Assembly (NCBI RefSeq): GCF_044704955.1
Contig: NC_091982.1
Span: 225,928,001 to 225,992,000, forward strand
From: Pristiophorus japonicus
Taxonomy: Eukaryota
Reading direction: 5' to 3'
Length of the DNA: 64,000 bases
The notes beneath the pieces were generated by a model that had not been told where the DNA came from, searched no databases, and saw nothing but the letters and a program-made list of their open reading frames with translations. This document shows positions 38,030-51,566 of the stretch, piece by piece; position 1 is the first letter of the stretch, and each line of letters starts with the position of its first letter. Both the position numbers and the translations under genes were made by a program.

Positions 38030-38600
38030 TTAGTATTGCGAAAACGTACAAGAAGACATAAATAATCTTGCTGAGTGTGTGTGTAATGGGCAAATTAATT
38101 TCAATATAGGTAAGTATGAGGAAGAATAAGGAGGCCACATACTGCTTGGATAATAAGAGTGGAAATGGAGTGGAGGAGCCAAGGGGACAGGTACACAAAC
38201 CACAAAGTAGTGATGCAGGTTAATAAGGCCATAAAAAGCAAACCAAGCACAGGTTTCTTTCGGGAGGGATAGTTGTACTTTGCACAGTTTTGGTCTCCAT
38301 TTTATAAATAGTATAGCTGCATTTAACGGGAAGCTAGATAAGTGAATTAGGGAGAAAGGACTGGAAGGATATGCTGATAGGGGAGGGATGGAAGCTCGTT
38401 TGGAGCATCGACCAGTTGGGCCGAATAGCCTGTTTGTGCTGTAGACTCTATGTAATCGGGCCATTTAGCCCAACTAGTCAGTGTCCAATCTAATCGTGAA
38501 TGTTGACACAATTACTGCCTCAACTCCTAACCCTGGAAGTGAATTCCACAGCCTCACGACTGTGAGAAGATTTTCCTGACTTCTGTTCTCTTGCATTTAA
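38030..38600. mobile_element. Highly decayed CR1 3' relics (tail to tail)
   Basis: gcaggttaataaggccataaaa, cacagttttggtctcc, gggccgaatagcctgtttgtgctg tail on +; ggccatttagccc and gaattccacagcctcac on -. Confidence 0.55.
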
Positions 38601-38647
38601 TCATGCGGTTAGTCACTTTCAGAAATTCCACCTGTAGTTCTTGGTCT

Positions 38648-38722
38648 GATCATACAGGTTCAGTTGGTTAGAGCATGGTGCTGATAACGCCATGGTTGAG
38701 GGTTCGATCCCCATATGGGTCA
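38648..38722 (+). tRNA. tRNA-Ile-derived copy with GAT anticodon, probably a pseudogene
   Basis: tcagttggttagagcatggtgctGATaacgccatggttgagggttcgatccccat matches the vertebrate tRNA-Ile body; acceptor and T stems imperfect; no T-run terminator. Confidence 0.7.
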
Positions 38723-40392
38723 TTCAGATGTTATACAGGTAATCTGAGAATAGCTTTGGAGGGAATACCTGTTTTGAAATACTTCTATTTCAATCGAAGA
38801 GTGAACGATCCATGTCCAAGCTGAACATATTGGAGGTGCAGTAGAGAGGAAGGTACCGATGTGTGGAAAATGGTCTGTAAATGGATTTATAGGAAATTTT
38901 CAATTGACTTTGCTCATACAGTGCTCAGGATAGAAATTTAGGTGCTAGTCTTCGATGAATAGACCAAAATAATTATTTCGCAATGCTTTGGAATCACAAA
39001 CAAATTATCTATTTGTCTAATTCCTCCTATAATTCTCAACAGCACCATGTGCATGGATTGTTAATTTAAGTTTGAAATTACTGTAGTCTCTTCAGGGACT
39101 GTGTGGGGAGTTAGGGAAGAAACCCAGCCAGATGATGTGCAACTGGGCAGGACCGGAACCAATGTCCTAGGGGGAGTGTTTGCTATCGCTGTTGGGGAGG
39201 GGTTAAACTAATATGGCAGGGGGATGGGAACCTATGCAGGGAGACAGGGAAGAAGAATGGGGGCAGAAGCAAAAGATAGCAAGAAGAAAAGTAAAAGTGG
39301 AGGGCAGAGAAACCCAAGGCAAAAATCAAAAAGGGCCACATTACAGCAAAACTCTAAAAGGTCAAAGTGTGTTTAAAAAAAACAAGCCTGAAGGCTCTGT
39401 GCCTTAATGCGAGGAGTATTTGTAATAAAGTGGACAAATTAACTACACAGGCAGCAATTAATGAATATGATATAATGGGCATCATGGAGACATGGCTCCA
39501 GGGTGACCAAGGCTGGAACTCGACATTCAGGGGTATTCAACATTCAGGAAGGACAGGCAGGAACGAAAAGGAGGTGGGGTAGCGTTGCTGGTTAAAGAGG
39601 AAATTAACGCAATAGTAAGGAAGGGACATTAGCTTGGATGATGTGGAATCTGTATGGGTGAAGCTGCGGAATACCAAAGGGCAGAAAACGCTGGTGGGAG
39701 TTATATACAGACCACCAAACAGTATTAGTGAGGTTGGGGACAGCATCAAACAAGAAATTAGGGAGGCGTGCAATAAAGGTACAGCAATTATCATGGGCGA
39801 CTTTAATCTACACATAGATTGGGCTAACGAAACTGGTAGCAATACAGTGGAGGAGGATTTCCTGGAGTGTATTAGGGATGGTTTTCGAGACCAATATGTC
39901 GAGGAACCAACTAGAGGGCTGGCCATCCCAGACTGGGTGATGTGTAATGAAAAAGGACTAATTAGCAATCTTGTGTGAGGCCCCTTGGGGAAGAGTGACC
40001 ATAATATGGTAGAATTCTTTAAGATGGAAAGTGAACAGATAATTCAGAGACTAGGGTCCTGAACTTAAGGAAAGATAACTGCGATGGTATGAGATGTGAA
40101 CTGGCTAGAATAGACTGGCAAATGACACTTAAAGGGTTGACGGTGGATAGGCAATGGCAAACATTTAAAGATCACATGGATGAGCTTCAACAATTGTACA
40201 TCCCTGTTTGGAGTAAAAATAAAACGGGAAGGTAGCTCAACCGTGGCTAACAAGAGAAATTAAAGATAGTGTTAAATCCAAGGAAGAGTCATATAAATTG
40301 GCCAGAAAAAGCAATAAACCTGAGGACTGGGAGAAATTTAGAATTCAGCAGAGGAGGACAAAGGGTTTAATTAGGAGAGGGGAAATAGAGTA

Positions 40393-41143
40393 ACATAGAA
40401 ACATAGAAACATAGAAAATAGGTGCAGGAGCAGGCCATTCAGCCCTTCTAGCCTGCACCGCCATTCAATGAGTTCATGGCTGAACATGAAACTTCAGTAC
40501 CCCCTTCCTGCTTTCTCGCCATAACCCTTGATCCCCCGAGTAGTAAGGACTTCATCTAACTCCCTTTTGAATATATTTAGTGAATTGGCCTCAACTACTT
40601 TCTGTGGTAGAGAATTCCACAGGTTCACCACTCTCTGGGTGAAGAAGTTTCTCCTCATCTCGGTCCTAAATGGCTTACCCCTTATCCTCAGACTGTGACC
40701 CCTGGTTCTGGACTTCCCCAACATTGGGAACATTCTTTCTGCATCTAACCTGTCTAAACCCGTCAGAATTTTAAACGTTTCTATGAGGTCCCCTCTCATT
40801 CTTCTGAACTCCAGTGAATACAAGCCCAATTGATCCAATCTTTCTTGATAGGTCAGTCCCGCCATCCCGGGAATCAGTCTGGTGAACCTTCGCTGCACTC
40901 CCTCAATAGCAAGAATGTCCTTCCTCAAGTTAGGAGACCAAAACTGTACACAATACTCCAGGTGTGGCCTCACCAAGGCCCTGTACAACTGTAGCAACAC
41001 CTCCCTGCCCCTGTATTCAAATCCCCTCGCTATGAAGGCCAACATGCCATTTGCTTTCTTAACCGCCTGCTGTACCTGCATGCCAACCTTCAATGACTGA
41101 TGTACCATGACACCCAGGTCTCGTTGCACCTTCCCTTTTCCTG
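40393..41143 (-). mobile_element. Young CR1 3' fragment nested antisense in CR1
   Basis: TSD AGAGTA (40387-40392; 41144-41149); (ACATAGAA)3 tail; uninterrupted ORF2 C-terminus. Confidence 0.95.
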
Positions 41144-42745
41144 AGAGTATGAGAGTAAGCTTGCAGGGAACATAAAAACTGACTGCAACAGCTTCCATAG
41201 ATATGTGAAGAGAAAAAGATTAGTGAAGACAAATGTAGATCTCTTGCAGTCAGCTTCAGGTGAATTTATAATGGGGAACAAAGAAATGGCAGACCAGTTG
41301 AACAAATACTTTGGTTCTGTCTTTACGAAGGAAGACACAAATAACCTTCCTGAAGTACGAGGAGACTGAGGGTCTCGTGAGAAGGAGGAACTGAAGGATA
41401 TCCTTATTAGGCGGGAAATTGTGTTGGGGAAATTCATGGATTGAAGGCTGATAAATCCCCAGGGCCTGATAGTCTGCATCCCATTGTACTTAAGGAAGTG
41501 GCCCGAGAAATAGTGGATGCATTGGTGATCATTTTCCAACAGTTTATCGACTCCGGATCAGTTCCTACTGACTGGAGGGTAGCTAATGTAACACCACATT
41601 TTAAAAAAGGAGGGAGAGAGAAAACGGGTAATTATAGATCGGTTAGCCTAACATCAGTAGTGGAGAAAATGTTGGAATCAATTATTAAAGATGAAATAGC
41701 AGCACATTTGGAAAGCAGTGACAGAATCGGTCCAAGTCAGCATGGATTTGTGAAAGGGAAATCATGCTCGACAAATCTTCTGGAATTTTTTGAGGATGTA
41801 ACTAGTAGAGTGGACAAGGGAGAACCAGTGGATGTGATGTATTTGGACTTTCAAAAGGCTTTTGACAAGGTCCCACGCGAGATTGGTGTGCAAAATTAAA
41901 GCGCATGGTATTGGGGGTAATGTACTGACGTGGATAGAGAACTGATTGGCAGACAGGAAGCAGCGAGTCGGGATAAATGGGTCCTTTTCAGAATGGCAGG
42001 CAGTGACTAGTGGGGTGCTGCAGGGACCCCAGCTATTTACAATATACATTAATGATTTAAATGAAGGAATTAAGTGTAATATCTCCAAGTTTGCAGATGA
42101 CACTAAACTGGGTGGTGGTGTGAACTGTGTGAGGAGGACGCTAAGAGGCTGCAGGGTGACTTGCACAGGTTAGGTGAGTGGGCAAATGCATGGCAGATGC
42201 AGTATAATGTGGATAAATGTGAGGTTATCCACTTTGGGATAAAAACACGAAGGCAGAATATTATCTGAATGGCGGCAGATTAGGAAAAGGAGAGGTACAG
42301 CAAGACCTGGGTGTCATGGTACATCAGTCATTGAAAGTTGGCATGCAGTTACAGCAGGCGGTGAAGAAGGCCAATGGTATGTTGGCCTTCATAGCTAGGG
42401 GATTTGAGTATAGGAGCAGGGAGTTCTTACTGCAGTTGTACAGAGCCTTGGTGAGGCTTCACCTGAAATATTGTGTTCAGTTTTAGTCTCCTAATCTGAG
42501 GAAGGATGTTCTTGCCATTGAGGGAGTGCAGTGAAGGTTCACCAGACTGATTCCCAGGATGTCTGGACTGACATATGAGGAGAGACTGGATCAACTGGGC
42601 CTGTATTCACTGGAGTTTAGAAGGATGAGGGGATCTCATAGAAACATATAAAATTCTGACGGAACTGGACAGGTTAGATGCAGGAAGAATGTTTCCGATG
42701 TTGGGGAAGTCCAGAACCGGGGACACAGTCTAAGGATAAGGAGTA

Positions 42746-45053
42746 TCACAGAGTGAACTCAGTATGGTTGAATTTGTAATACAGATTGAGGGTGAGGAAG
42801 TAGTGTCTCAAACGAGCGTACTATGCTTAAACAAAGGGGACGACAGTGGAATGAGGGCAGAGTTGGCTAAAGTAGACTGGAAACACAGACTAAACAGTGG
42901 AGGACTTTTCAGGAGCTCTTTCATACTGCTCAACAAAAATATATTCCAGTGAAAAAGAAGGGTGAGAAAAGAAGGGATAACCAGCTGTGGATAACCAAAA
43001 AATAAAGGAGAGTATCAAATTAAAAATCAATGCGTATAAGGTGGCCAAGGTTAGTGGGAAACTCGAAGATTGGGAAAATTTTAAACGACAGCAAAGAATG
43101 ACGAAGAAAGCAATAAAGAAAGGAAAGATAGTTTACGAAAGTAAACTTGCGCAAAACATAAAAACAGATAGTAAAAGCTTTTACAGATATATAAAACGGA
43201 AAAGAGTGACTAAAGTAAATGTTGGTCCCTTAGAAGATGAGAAGAGGGATTTAATAATGGGAAATGTGGAAATGACTGAGACCTTAAACAATTATTTTGC
43301 TTCGCTCTTCACAGTGGAAAACACAAAAACCATGCCAAAAATTGCTGGTCACGGGAATGTGGGAAGGGAGGACCTTGAGATAATCGCTATCGTTAGGAGG
43401 ATAGTGCTGGATAGGCTAATGGGACTCAAGGTAGACAAGTCCTCTGGTCCGGATGAAATGCATCCCAGGGTATTAAAGAGATGGCGGAAGTTATAGCAGA
43501 TGCATTCGTTATAATCTACTAAAATTCTCTGGACTCTGGGGAGGTACCAGTGGATTGGAAAGCAGCTAATGTAACGCCTCTATTTAAAAAAAAAAAAAGG
43601 GGGCAGACAAAAGGCAGGTAACTATAGGCCGGTTAGTTTAACATCTGTAGTGGGGAAAATGCTTGAAGCTATCATTAAGGAAGAAATAGCAGGACATTTA
43701 GATAGGAATAGTGCAATCAAGCAGACGCACCATGGATTCATGAAGGGGAAATCATGTTTAACTAATTTACTGGAATTCTTTGAGGATATAACGAGCATGG
43801 TGGATAGAGGTGTACCGATGGATGTGGTGTATTTAGATTTCCAAAAGGCATTCGATAAGGTGCCACTCAAAAGGTTACTGCAGAAGATAAAGGTACGCGG
43901 AGTCAGAGGAAATGTATTAGCATGGATCGAGAATTGGCTGGCTAACAGAAAGCAGAGAGTCGGGATAAATGGGTCCTTTTCGGGTTGGAAATCGGTGATA
44001 AGTGGTGTGCCACAGGGATCTGTGCTGGGACCACAACTGTTTACAATATACATAGATGACCTGGAAGAGGGGACAGAGTGTAGTGTAACAAAATTTGCAG
44101 ATGGCACAAAGATTAGTGGGAAAGCGGGTTGTGTAGAGGACACAGAGAGGCTGCAAAGAGATTTAGATAGGTTAAGCGAATGGGCTAAGGTTTGGCAGAT
44201 GGAATACAATGTCGGAAAATGTGAGGTTATCCACCTTGGGGAAAAAAAACAGTAAAAGCGAATATTATTTGAATGGGGAGAAATTACAACAGGCTGCGGT
44301 GCAGAGGGACCTGGGGGTCCTTGTGCATGAAACTCTTTTAGGGCCTTGTGCATGAATCCCAAAAAGTTAGTTTGCAGGTGCAGCAGGTAATCAGGAAGGC
44401 GAATGGAATGTTGGCCTTCATTGTGAGAGGGATGGAGTACAAAAGCAGGGAGGTCCTGCTGCAACTGTACAGGGTATTAGTGAGGCCGCACCTGGAGTAT
44501 TGCGTGCAGTTTTGGTCACCTTACTTAAGGAAGGATATACTAGCTTTGGAGGGGGTACAGAGCCGATTCACTAGGCTGATTCCGGAGATGAGGGGGTTAC
44601 CTTATGATGATAGATTGAGTAGACTGGGTCTTTACTCGTTGGAGTTCAGAAGGATGAGGGGTGATCTTATAAAAACATTTAAAATAATGAAGGGGATAGT
44701 CAAGGTAGAGGCAGAGAGATTGTTTCCACTGGTCGGGGAGACTAGAACTAGGGGGCACAGCCTCAAAATACGGGGGAGCCAATTTAAAACCGAGTTGAGA
44801 AGGAATTTCTTCTCCCAGAGGGTTGTGAATCTGTGGAATTCTCTGCCCAAGGAAGCAGTTGAGGCTAGCTCATTGAATGTATTCAAGTCACAGACAGATA
44901 GATTTTTAACCAATAAGGGAATTAAGGATTACGGGGAGCGGGCTGGTAAGTGGAGCTGAGTCCGCGGCCAGATCAGCCATGATCTTGTTGAATGGCGGAG
45001 CAGGCTCGAGGGGCTAGATGGCCTACTCCTGTTCCAAATTCTTATGTTCTTAT
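42746..45053 (+). mobile_element. CR1 copy (subfamily-B-like) nested in the 3' end of the host CR1
   Basis: ORFs 42987-43496, 43650-44255, 44348-44959; tail ttcttatgttctta; host sequence taaggataagg...taagccatttagg is split by it. Confidence 0.93.
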
Positions 45054-45603
45054 ATAAGCCATTTAGGACTGAGATGAGGAGAAACTTCTTCACTGAGTTG
45101 TTAACCTATGGAATTCCCTACCGCAGAGTGTTGATGCCAGTTCATTGCATATATTCAAGAGGGAGTTAGATATGGCCCTTTTGGCTCAAGGGATCAAGGG
45201 GTATGGAGAGAAAGCAGGAAAGGGATACTTAGGTGATGGATCAGCCATGATCTTATTGAATGGTGGTGCAGGCTTGAAGGGCCGAAAGACCTACTTCTGC
45301 ACCTCTGTTCTATGTTTCTATGTTAAATCATGAAATTTTGATACAAAATGCCACAGCTTGGAGCAAGCAACCAAAATACCCCATCCTGCCCCAGAACCTT
45401 TATTGCAGTGTTTATTAAAAGACCATTTGGCAGTAACACAGCCCTTTATCAGGCCGGTACTGGAATGATGGTTTATAACCATCAGCATGAATTAGTTGCA
45501 GGTGCACACAAATCCACTGTTAGAACCCAGAAATTGCATTGTTGTGTTTGTGTGAAAATATAATAATGTATTTAATAGCATAAAGCTTACTTTTGCACAT
45601 TAG

Positions 45604-45725
45604 AAGAGCGATTGGAGGAACAGAAAGGAAAACTATACAAGCCTTCTACACGGGTTCCAGAGATAAAGAGCTTACTGCCAGAAAAATCATCATCACCGCC
45701 TTTCATAGCAGACCCCAAGAAGCCA
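45604..45725 (+). CDS. U2SURP: U2SURP exon (EERLEEQKGKLYKPSTRVPEIKSLLPEKSSSPPFIADPKKP)
   Basis: ttttgcacattag acceptor, CCA|GTAAGT donor, phase 1-0; GKLYKPS and KKP anchors match U2SURP GKIYKPS...KKP. Confidence 0.93.
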
Positions 45726-45974
45726 GTAAGTGTCTCATTTTGATTATTGTATAATGCATGAGTCTTGATGAGCCATCATTTTCTAAATTTGCAGACTCAA
45801 GCCAAATGCATTGGAACTAAATACAGCCCAGATAGATCTATATAGATCAAGGGGACCCTACAATAATGTTATGAATGGGGACAGCACATTGCAGCACACT
45901 AACCAAGAGAAATGCCAATCATCCAGAGTATTTACTGATTTCGGCTGGAAGTGCACGAGTCGATATTAAAGAAA

Positions 45975-46255
45975 GAAATACTGTATTTATATAGCACCTT
46001 TAATGACCTCAGGATGTCCCAAAACAATTTACAGCCACTGAAGTACTTTTGAAGTGTAGTCACGGTAATAATATTCGAAATACGGCAGCCAATTTGCACA
46101 CAGCAAGGCCCACATACAGCAATGTGAGAATGACCAGATAATCTGTTTTTAGTGATGGTTGAGGGATAAGTATTGGCCAGGACACCCCTGTTCTTCTTTG
46201 ATAGTGCCATAGGATCTTTTATGTCCACTTGAGAGTGTAGACGGGGCCTCGTTAA
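45975..46255 (-). mobile_element. Deu-domain SINE, headless
   Basis: Homologous to 1934-2225. Confidence 0.8.
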
Positions 46256-46491
46256 GACAAAGACCGGTCTAACTTTGGGTATTGTGCTCCCCAGTGGTCG
46301 AATAGCATGGCGCCACTCATTGTTGACCTTCAAATGTGAGGAATGTGCTGTTTGGGCGTAGTGCCAGACAAAAAAGGTGCAAAAGGCAAACTTTTTTTTG
46401 AAACCAAGACTAGAACATTTTAATGTCATTGGTTTGGATAACTATGCCATGTGGTGTATTGAGCCATACTGATCAGCAAGTTCTTGGATTT

Positions 46492-49290
46492 ATAGAATCA
46501 TAGAAATTTACAGCACAGAAGGAGGCCATTTCGGCTCATTGTGTCCGCGCCGGCTGACCAAAAGATATCCAGCCTAATCCCACTTTCCAGCTCTTGGTCT
46601 GTAGCCCTGTACGTTACAGCACTTTAAATGCACATCCAAGTATTTTTAAAATGTGAGGGTTTCTGTCTCTACCACCCTTTCAGGCAGTGAGTTCCAGACC
46701 CCCACCACCCTCTGGGTGAAGAAATTTTCCCTCGTATCTCCCCTAAACCTTCCCCCCCATTACTTTAAATCTATGTTCCCTGGTTGTTGACCCGTATGCC
46801 AAGGGAAACAGATCCTTCCTATTCACTCTATCCAGGCCCCTTGTAATGTTATCCATCTCAATCAGGTCTACCCTCAGCCTCCTCTGTTCCAAAGAAAACA
46901 GACCCAGCATCTCCAATCTTTCCTCATAGCCAACATTCTCCAGTCCAGGCAATATTCTTGTAAATCTCCTCTGCACCCTTTCCAGTGCAATCACATCTTT
47001 CCTGTAATGTGGTGACCAGAACTGCACACAGTCCTCCAGCTGTGGTCTAACCAGTGTTTTATACAGTTCAAGCATAACCTCCTTGCTCTTGTATTCCATG
47101 CCTCGACTAATAAAGGCAAGTATTCCATATGCTTTCTTAACCACCCAATCTACCTGGCCTGCTACCTTCAGGGATCTGTGGACCTGCACTCCAAGGTCCC
47201 TTTGTTCACTTTTCAGTGTCGTACCATTTAATATGTATTCCCTTGCCTTATTAGACCTCCCCAAATGCATTAACTCAGGCTTATCCTGATTGAATTCCAT
47301 TTGCCACTGTTCTGCCCATCTGACCAGTACATTGATATCTTCTTGCAATCCGCAGCTTTCTTCATCAACCACGTAGCCTATTTTAGTGTCATCTGCAAAC
47401 TTCTTAATCACACTCCCAACATTCAAGTCCAAGTCATTGATGTATACCACAAAAAGCAAAGGACCCAGCACTGAGCCCTGCAGGACCCCACTGGATGCAT
47501 CCTTCCAGTCACAAAAACACACATCAACCATTACCCTTTGCTTCCTGCCTCTCAGCCAATTTTGGATCCAACTTGCCACTTTGCCCTGGATCCTATGGGC
47601 TTTTACTTTCGTGACCAATCTACCATGTGGAACCTTATCAAAAGCTTTGCTAAAATCCATATCCACATCCACTACATCGTACGCATTACCCTCATTGACG
47701 CTCCTGGTTACCTCCTCAAAAAATTCAATCAAGTTAGTCAGACATGACCTTCCCTTAACAAATCCATGCTGATGGGTCTTTCCAAATGAAGATTTATCCT
47801 GTTCCTCAGGATTTTTTTTCAATAATTTTCCCACCACTGAGGTTCGGCTGACTGACCTGTAATTACTCGGTCTATCCCTTTCTCCATTTTTAAACAAAGG
47901 TACAGCGTTAGCAGTCCTCTAGTCCTTTGGCACCACACCTGTAGCCAGAGAGCACTGGAAAATGATGGTCAGAGCCTCTGCTATTTCCTCTTTTGCTTCT
48001 CTTATCAGCCTGGGATTCATTTAATCCAGGCCTGGACATTTATCCACTTTCAAAGCTGCTAAGCCCCTTAATACATCCTCTCTCACTATGTTTATCTCAT
48101 CTACTATTTCACAGTCCTCCTCCTTCATTGCAAAGTCTGCATCGCCCCTCTCTTTTGTGAAAATAGATGCAAAGTATTCATTAAGAATCATGTCCACATC
48201 TTCTGCCTCCACACACACATTTCCTTCGTGGTCTCTAATAGTCCCCACTCTTTCTCTCGTTATCCTCTTGCTCTTAATGTATTTCCAAAACATCTTTGGG
48301 TTTTCCCTGATTTTACTTGCCAACATTCTTTCATGCCCTCTCTTGCTTTCCTGATAACTTTAATTGCACCCCTGCATTTCTTATACTCCTAGAGTCTCTG
48401 CAGCATTGAGTTATCGGAATCTGTCATTAGCTTCGCTTTTTTTCTTTATCTTACATCCAGGGGGATCTAGATTTGTTAGCCCCACCCTTTCTTTAAGGGA
48501 ACATCCTTACTCTGTACCCTCAAGATCATCTTGATTGCCTCCCACTGGTCTGACACTGATTTATCATCAAATAGCTGTTTCCAGTCCACTTTGGCTAAAT
48601 CCCATCTTGGCTCAGCAAAATTGGCCTTGCCCCAATTGAGAACTTTTTTTCCTGGTCCAGCTTTGTCCTTTTCCGTCTCACAGCTGTAATTGTTTCTTTA
48701 CTTAATACTGTGACCCACCCTCCCTTTTTTACCGCCCCCCCCTCCCCTCTCTCCCGTCTGAAAACCCTGTAACCAGGAATGTTGAGCTGCCATACCTGTC
48801 CTCCTTTCAGCCATGTCTCATTAAAGGCTTTAATATCGTACTGCCAAGTGTTTATCTGTGCTCTCAGCTCATCTGCCTTATTCCCTATACTCTTTGCATT
48901 GAATGATATACTATTTAGTGGTGCCAAACTCCCTTGTTGTCTATTTTCCAGCCATTGTTCCCTCTGTCTTCCAAATTCAAGATAGTTTAAACCTTCTCCA
49001 ACAGTACTAGCAAACCCTCCCGTGAGGATACTGGTCTCGCCTCTGCTGAGGTGCAACCTGTCTGGCTTGTACAGCTCCCACCTCCCCCAGAAACGGTCCC
49101 AATGCCTCAGGAATCTGCCTGCAGCATCTCTCTAGCCATGCATTCATCTGTTCTATCCTCCTATTTCTGTATTCACAAGCACGTGGCACCAGCAGTAACC
49201 TGGAGATTACTACCTTTTTGAGGTCTTGCTTTTTAATCTCTCACCTAGCTCACTAAACTGTGCCTGCAGGACCTCATCCCTCTTTCTATC
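46492..49290 (-). mobile_element. CR1 LINE, third family, with ORF1 esterase remnant and ORF2
   Basis: 384-aa RT ORF 46743-47897 ([19 protein letters not shown]); APE (FNAKSI, FNETWL); ORF1 remnant PRACEYRNRRIEQMNAWL. Confidence 0.92.
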
Positions 49291-49517
49291 TATGCCATTG
49301 ATTTGATCCCTGTTTTGTGTTCACTGGTCTAATTTGGGGAACTAGACTCCCGGCTCCTCATTAACTAATGCCCATTATTGGAAGTCCCTTGTGTGGAGAT
49401 TGGGCTGCTGTTGATTGCTATATAAACTCAGAGATTAAGTATTTCCACTTCCGCAAGATATTGACCGCTGTGGAACATTAGTCTAGTATAACTCGTTGCT
49501 TTCAGGGGAAAATAGAA

Positions 49518-50535
49518 AATAAGGAATAGGAGCAGGAGTAGGCCACCTGGCCCCTCGAGCCTGCTCCGCCATTCAATAAGATCATGGCCGATCCGATCTT
49601 TGCCTCAACTCCACTTCTCTGCCCACTCCCCATGACCCTCGACTCCCTTATCATTCAAACATCTGTTGAATATATTCATTGACCCAGCCTCCACAGCTCT
49701 CTCGGGTAGACAATTCCAAAGATTCACGACCCTCTGAGAGAAGAAATTCCTGTTCATTTCTGTTTTAAATGGGCGACCGCTTACTCTGAAACTATGCCCC
49801 TAATTCTAGATTTCCCCCACGAGGGGAAACATCCTCTCTGCATCTACCCTGTCAAGCCCCCTCAGAATATTGTACGTTTCAATAAGATCACCTCTCATTC
49901 TTCTAAACTCCAATGAGTCGAAGCTCAACCTTTCTTCACAAGACAACCCCTTCATCTCAGGAATCAACCTCGTGAACCTTCTCTGAATTGCTCCAATGCA
50001 ATTATATCCCTCGGAGACCAAAACTGTATGCAGTACTCCAGGTGTGGCCTCACCAATACCCTGTACAGTTGTAGCAGGACTTCCCTACTTTGATACTCCA
50101 TCCCCTTTGAAATAAAGGCCAACATTCCATTTGCCTTCCTAATTACTTGCTGTACCTGCATGCTAAGTTTTTGTGTTTCATGTACAAGGGTCCCCAGATC
50201 CCTCTGTACCTCAGCATTTTGTAACCTCTCCCCATTAAAATAATTTGCTTTTTTATTTTTCCTAGCAAAGTTAATAACCTCACATTTTCCCACATTATCC
50301 TCCATCTGCCAAAGTTTTGCTCACTCACTTAGCCTATCTATATTCCTTTGTAGATTCTTTGCGACCTCCTCACAACTTGCTTTCCCACCTATCTTTGTAA
50401 CATCAGCAAATTTGGCTACATTACACTTGGTCCTTTCATCCAAGTCATTAATATAGATTGTAAATAGTTGAGGCCCCAGCACTGATACCTGTGGCACCCC
50501 ACTTTACCAACCTGAAAATGACCCATTTATCCTGA
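49518..50535 (-). mobile_element. CR1 subfamily B 3' fragment
   Basis: NVGKCEVINF...LVRPHLEYCIQFWSP, LEFRRMRGDLIETY; 3'UTR hairpin. Confidence 0.9.
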
Positions 50536-50644
50536 CACTCGGGATGGGAAAAGAATTACTGAGTAGAAACAGATCAAAAGTAAGGAGGGAAAAGTTTTGT
50601 TTAAAGGTGAAGGGATACCTCCTTTCACTGTTTATAGGTTAGGT

Positions 50645-51090
50645 GTCAGTCTGGATCAGTTCGTAGCATTCTGGCTTTGAGGTCAGGTTGTTGGTTCAAA
50701 CCCCACTTCAGTACTTGAGCGGCCAGGTAGCCTGAATCCTCAGTGCAGTATTGCATTGTTGCAGGTGTTGTCTTTTGGATAGGGAGTGGATGTAAAAGAT
50801 CCTATTCACCATCTTAAGAAAGTGTGTGGAGTTCTCCCAATTTGTGGCTAGCAATCTAGGAACAGGAGTAGGCCTTTCAGCCCCGGGAGCCTCTTCTGCC
50901 ATTTTGCAGATCTGTATCTTAACTTCATCCACTTGCCTTGGCTCCATATTCTTTCATGCCCTTGTCTAGCAAAAATCTATCTACCTCTGATTTAAAATTA
51001 ATAATTGAGCTAACATCTTCTGCTTTTTGTGCGATAGTGTTCCTCACTTCTACCATCTTTTGCGTGAAGTGTTTTCTAACTCTGCTCTCC
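50645..51090. mobile_element. Decayed Deu-SINE (+, ~50645-50810) and CR1 3' relic (-, ~50857-51090)
   Basis: gtgtcagtctggatcagttcgtagca...ggttcaaacccc...gtaaaagatcc; taggaacaggagtaggcctttcagcccc. Confidence 0.55.
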
Positions 51091-51371
51091 TGAATGGCTT
51101 CCTTGTTTATAAATGGGGCATTGCTTCTTTAAACCATTACCAAAACTGGTCTTTTCTCATTTGCTGTCTGAAATATTTCTGTGGGCAAATTAGCTGCCAT
51201 CTTTGTCTACATAATAGTAACTACACTTCAAGTCATTCATTGGACGTAGAGCACTTTGTATTTTTGATCTTGATAGCAGCTTTAACTATTTACACAACTT
51301 AAATTTCACAATGCAGATGAATTTTTTCAATTCTTAATTTCAATTAATATTGTTGAAAATTTTTTTTTTAG

Positions 51372-51439
51372 CCCCTGAAAAAGGGTGAAAAGGAGAAGAA
51401 AAAAAGTAATTTGGAACTATTCAAAGAGGAATTAAAACA
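51372..51439 (+). CDS. U2SURP: U2SURP exon (PLKKGEKEKKKSNLELFKEELK)
   Basis: Poly-T/AG acceptor, CA|GTAAGT donor, 68 nt, phase 0-2; matches the U2SURP peptide. Confidence 0.97.
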
Positions 51440-51566
51440 GTAAGTAAACATTTATCAACCCTTTTTAAAAATAAAATACAGTAAACTCTTGTTTACCCGA
51501 ATACGAATGTAACGGAAAACACGCTGTAACGGAATTTAAAATATTGAGAGATTCGGCAACTAAATA

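Larger units (their letters stand above)
39100..45322 (+). mobile_element. Long CR1 subfamily A copy (ORF1 end + ORF2), hosting two nested CR1s
   Basis: ORF1 esterase C-terminal remnant at ~39100-39250; APE (CLNARSI, IMGDFN); RT 41441-42700; 3' end resumes at 45055-45322 with tail ttctatgtttctatg. Confidence 0.93.

Noticed and set aside
40494-41198. 234-aa ORF as a novel fusion gene (likewise 28527-29246, 24510-24815)
   Set aside because: Read-through across nested TE junctions; the content is CR1 ORF2 fragments.
43622-44464. 280-aa antisense ORF
   Set aside because: Shadow frame opposite CR1 RT, seen in many CR1 copies here.
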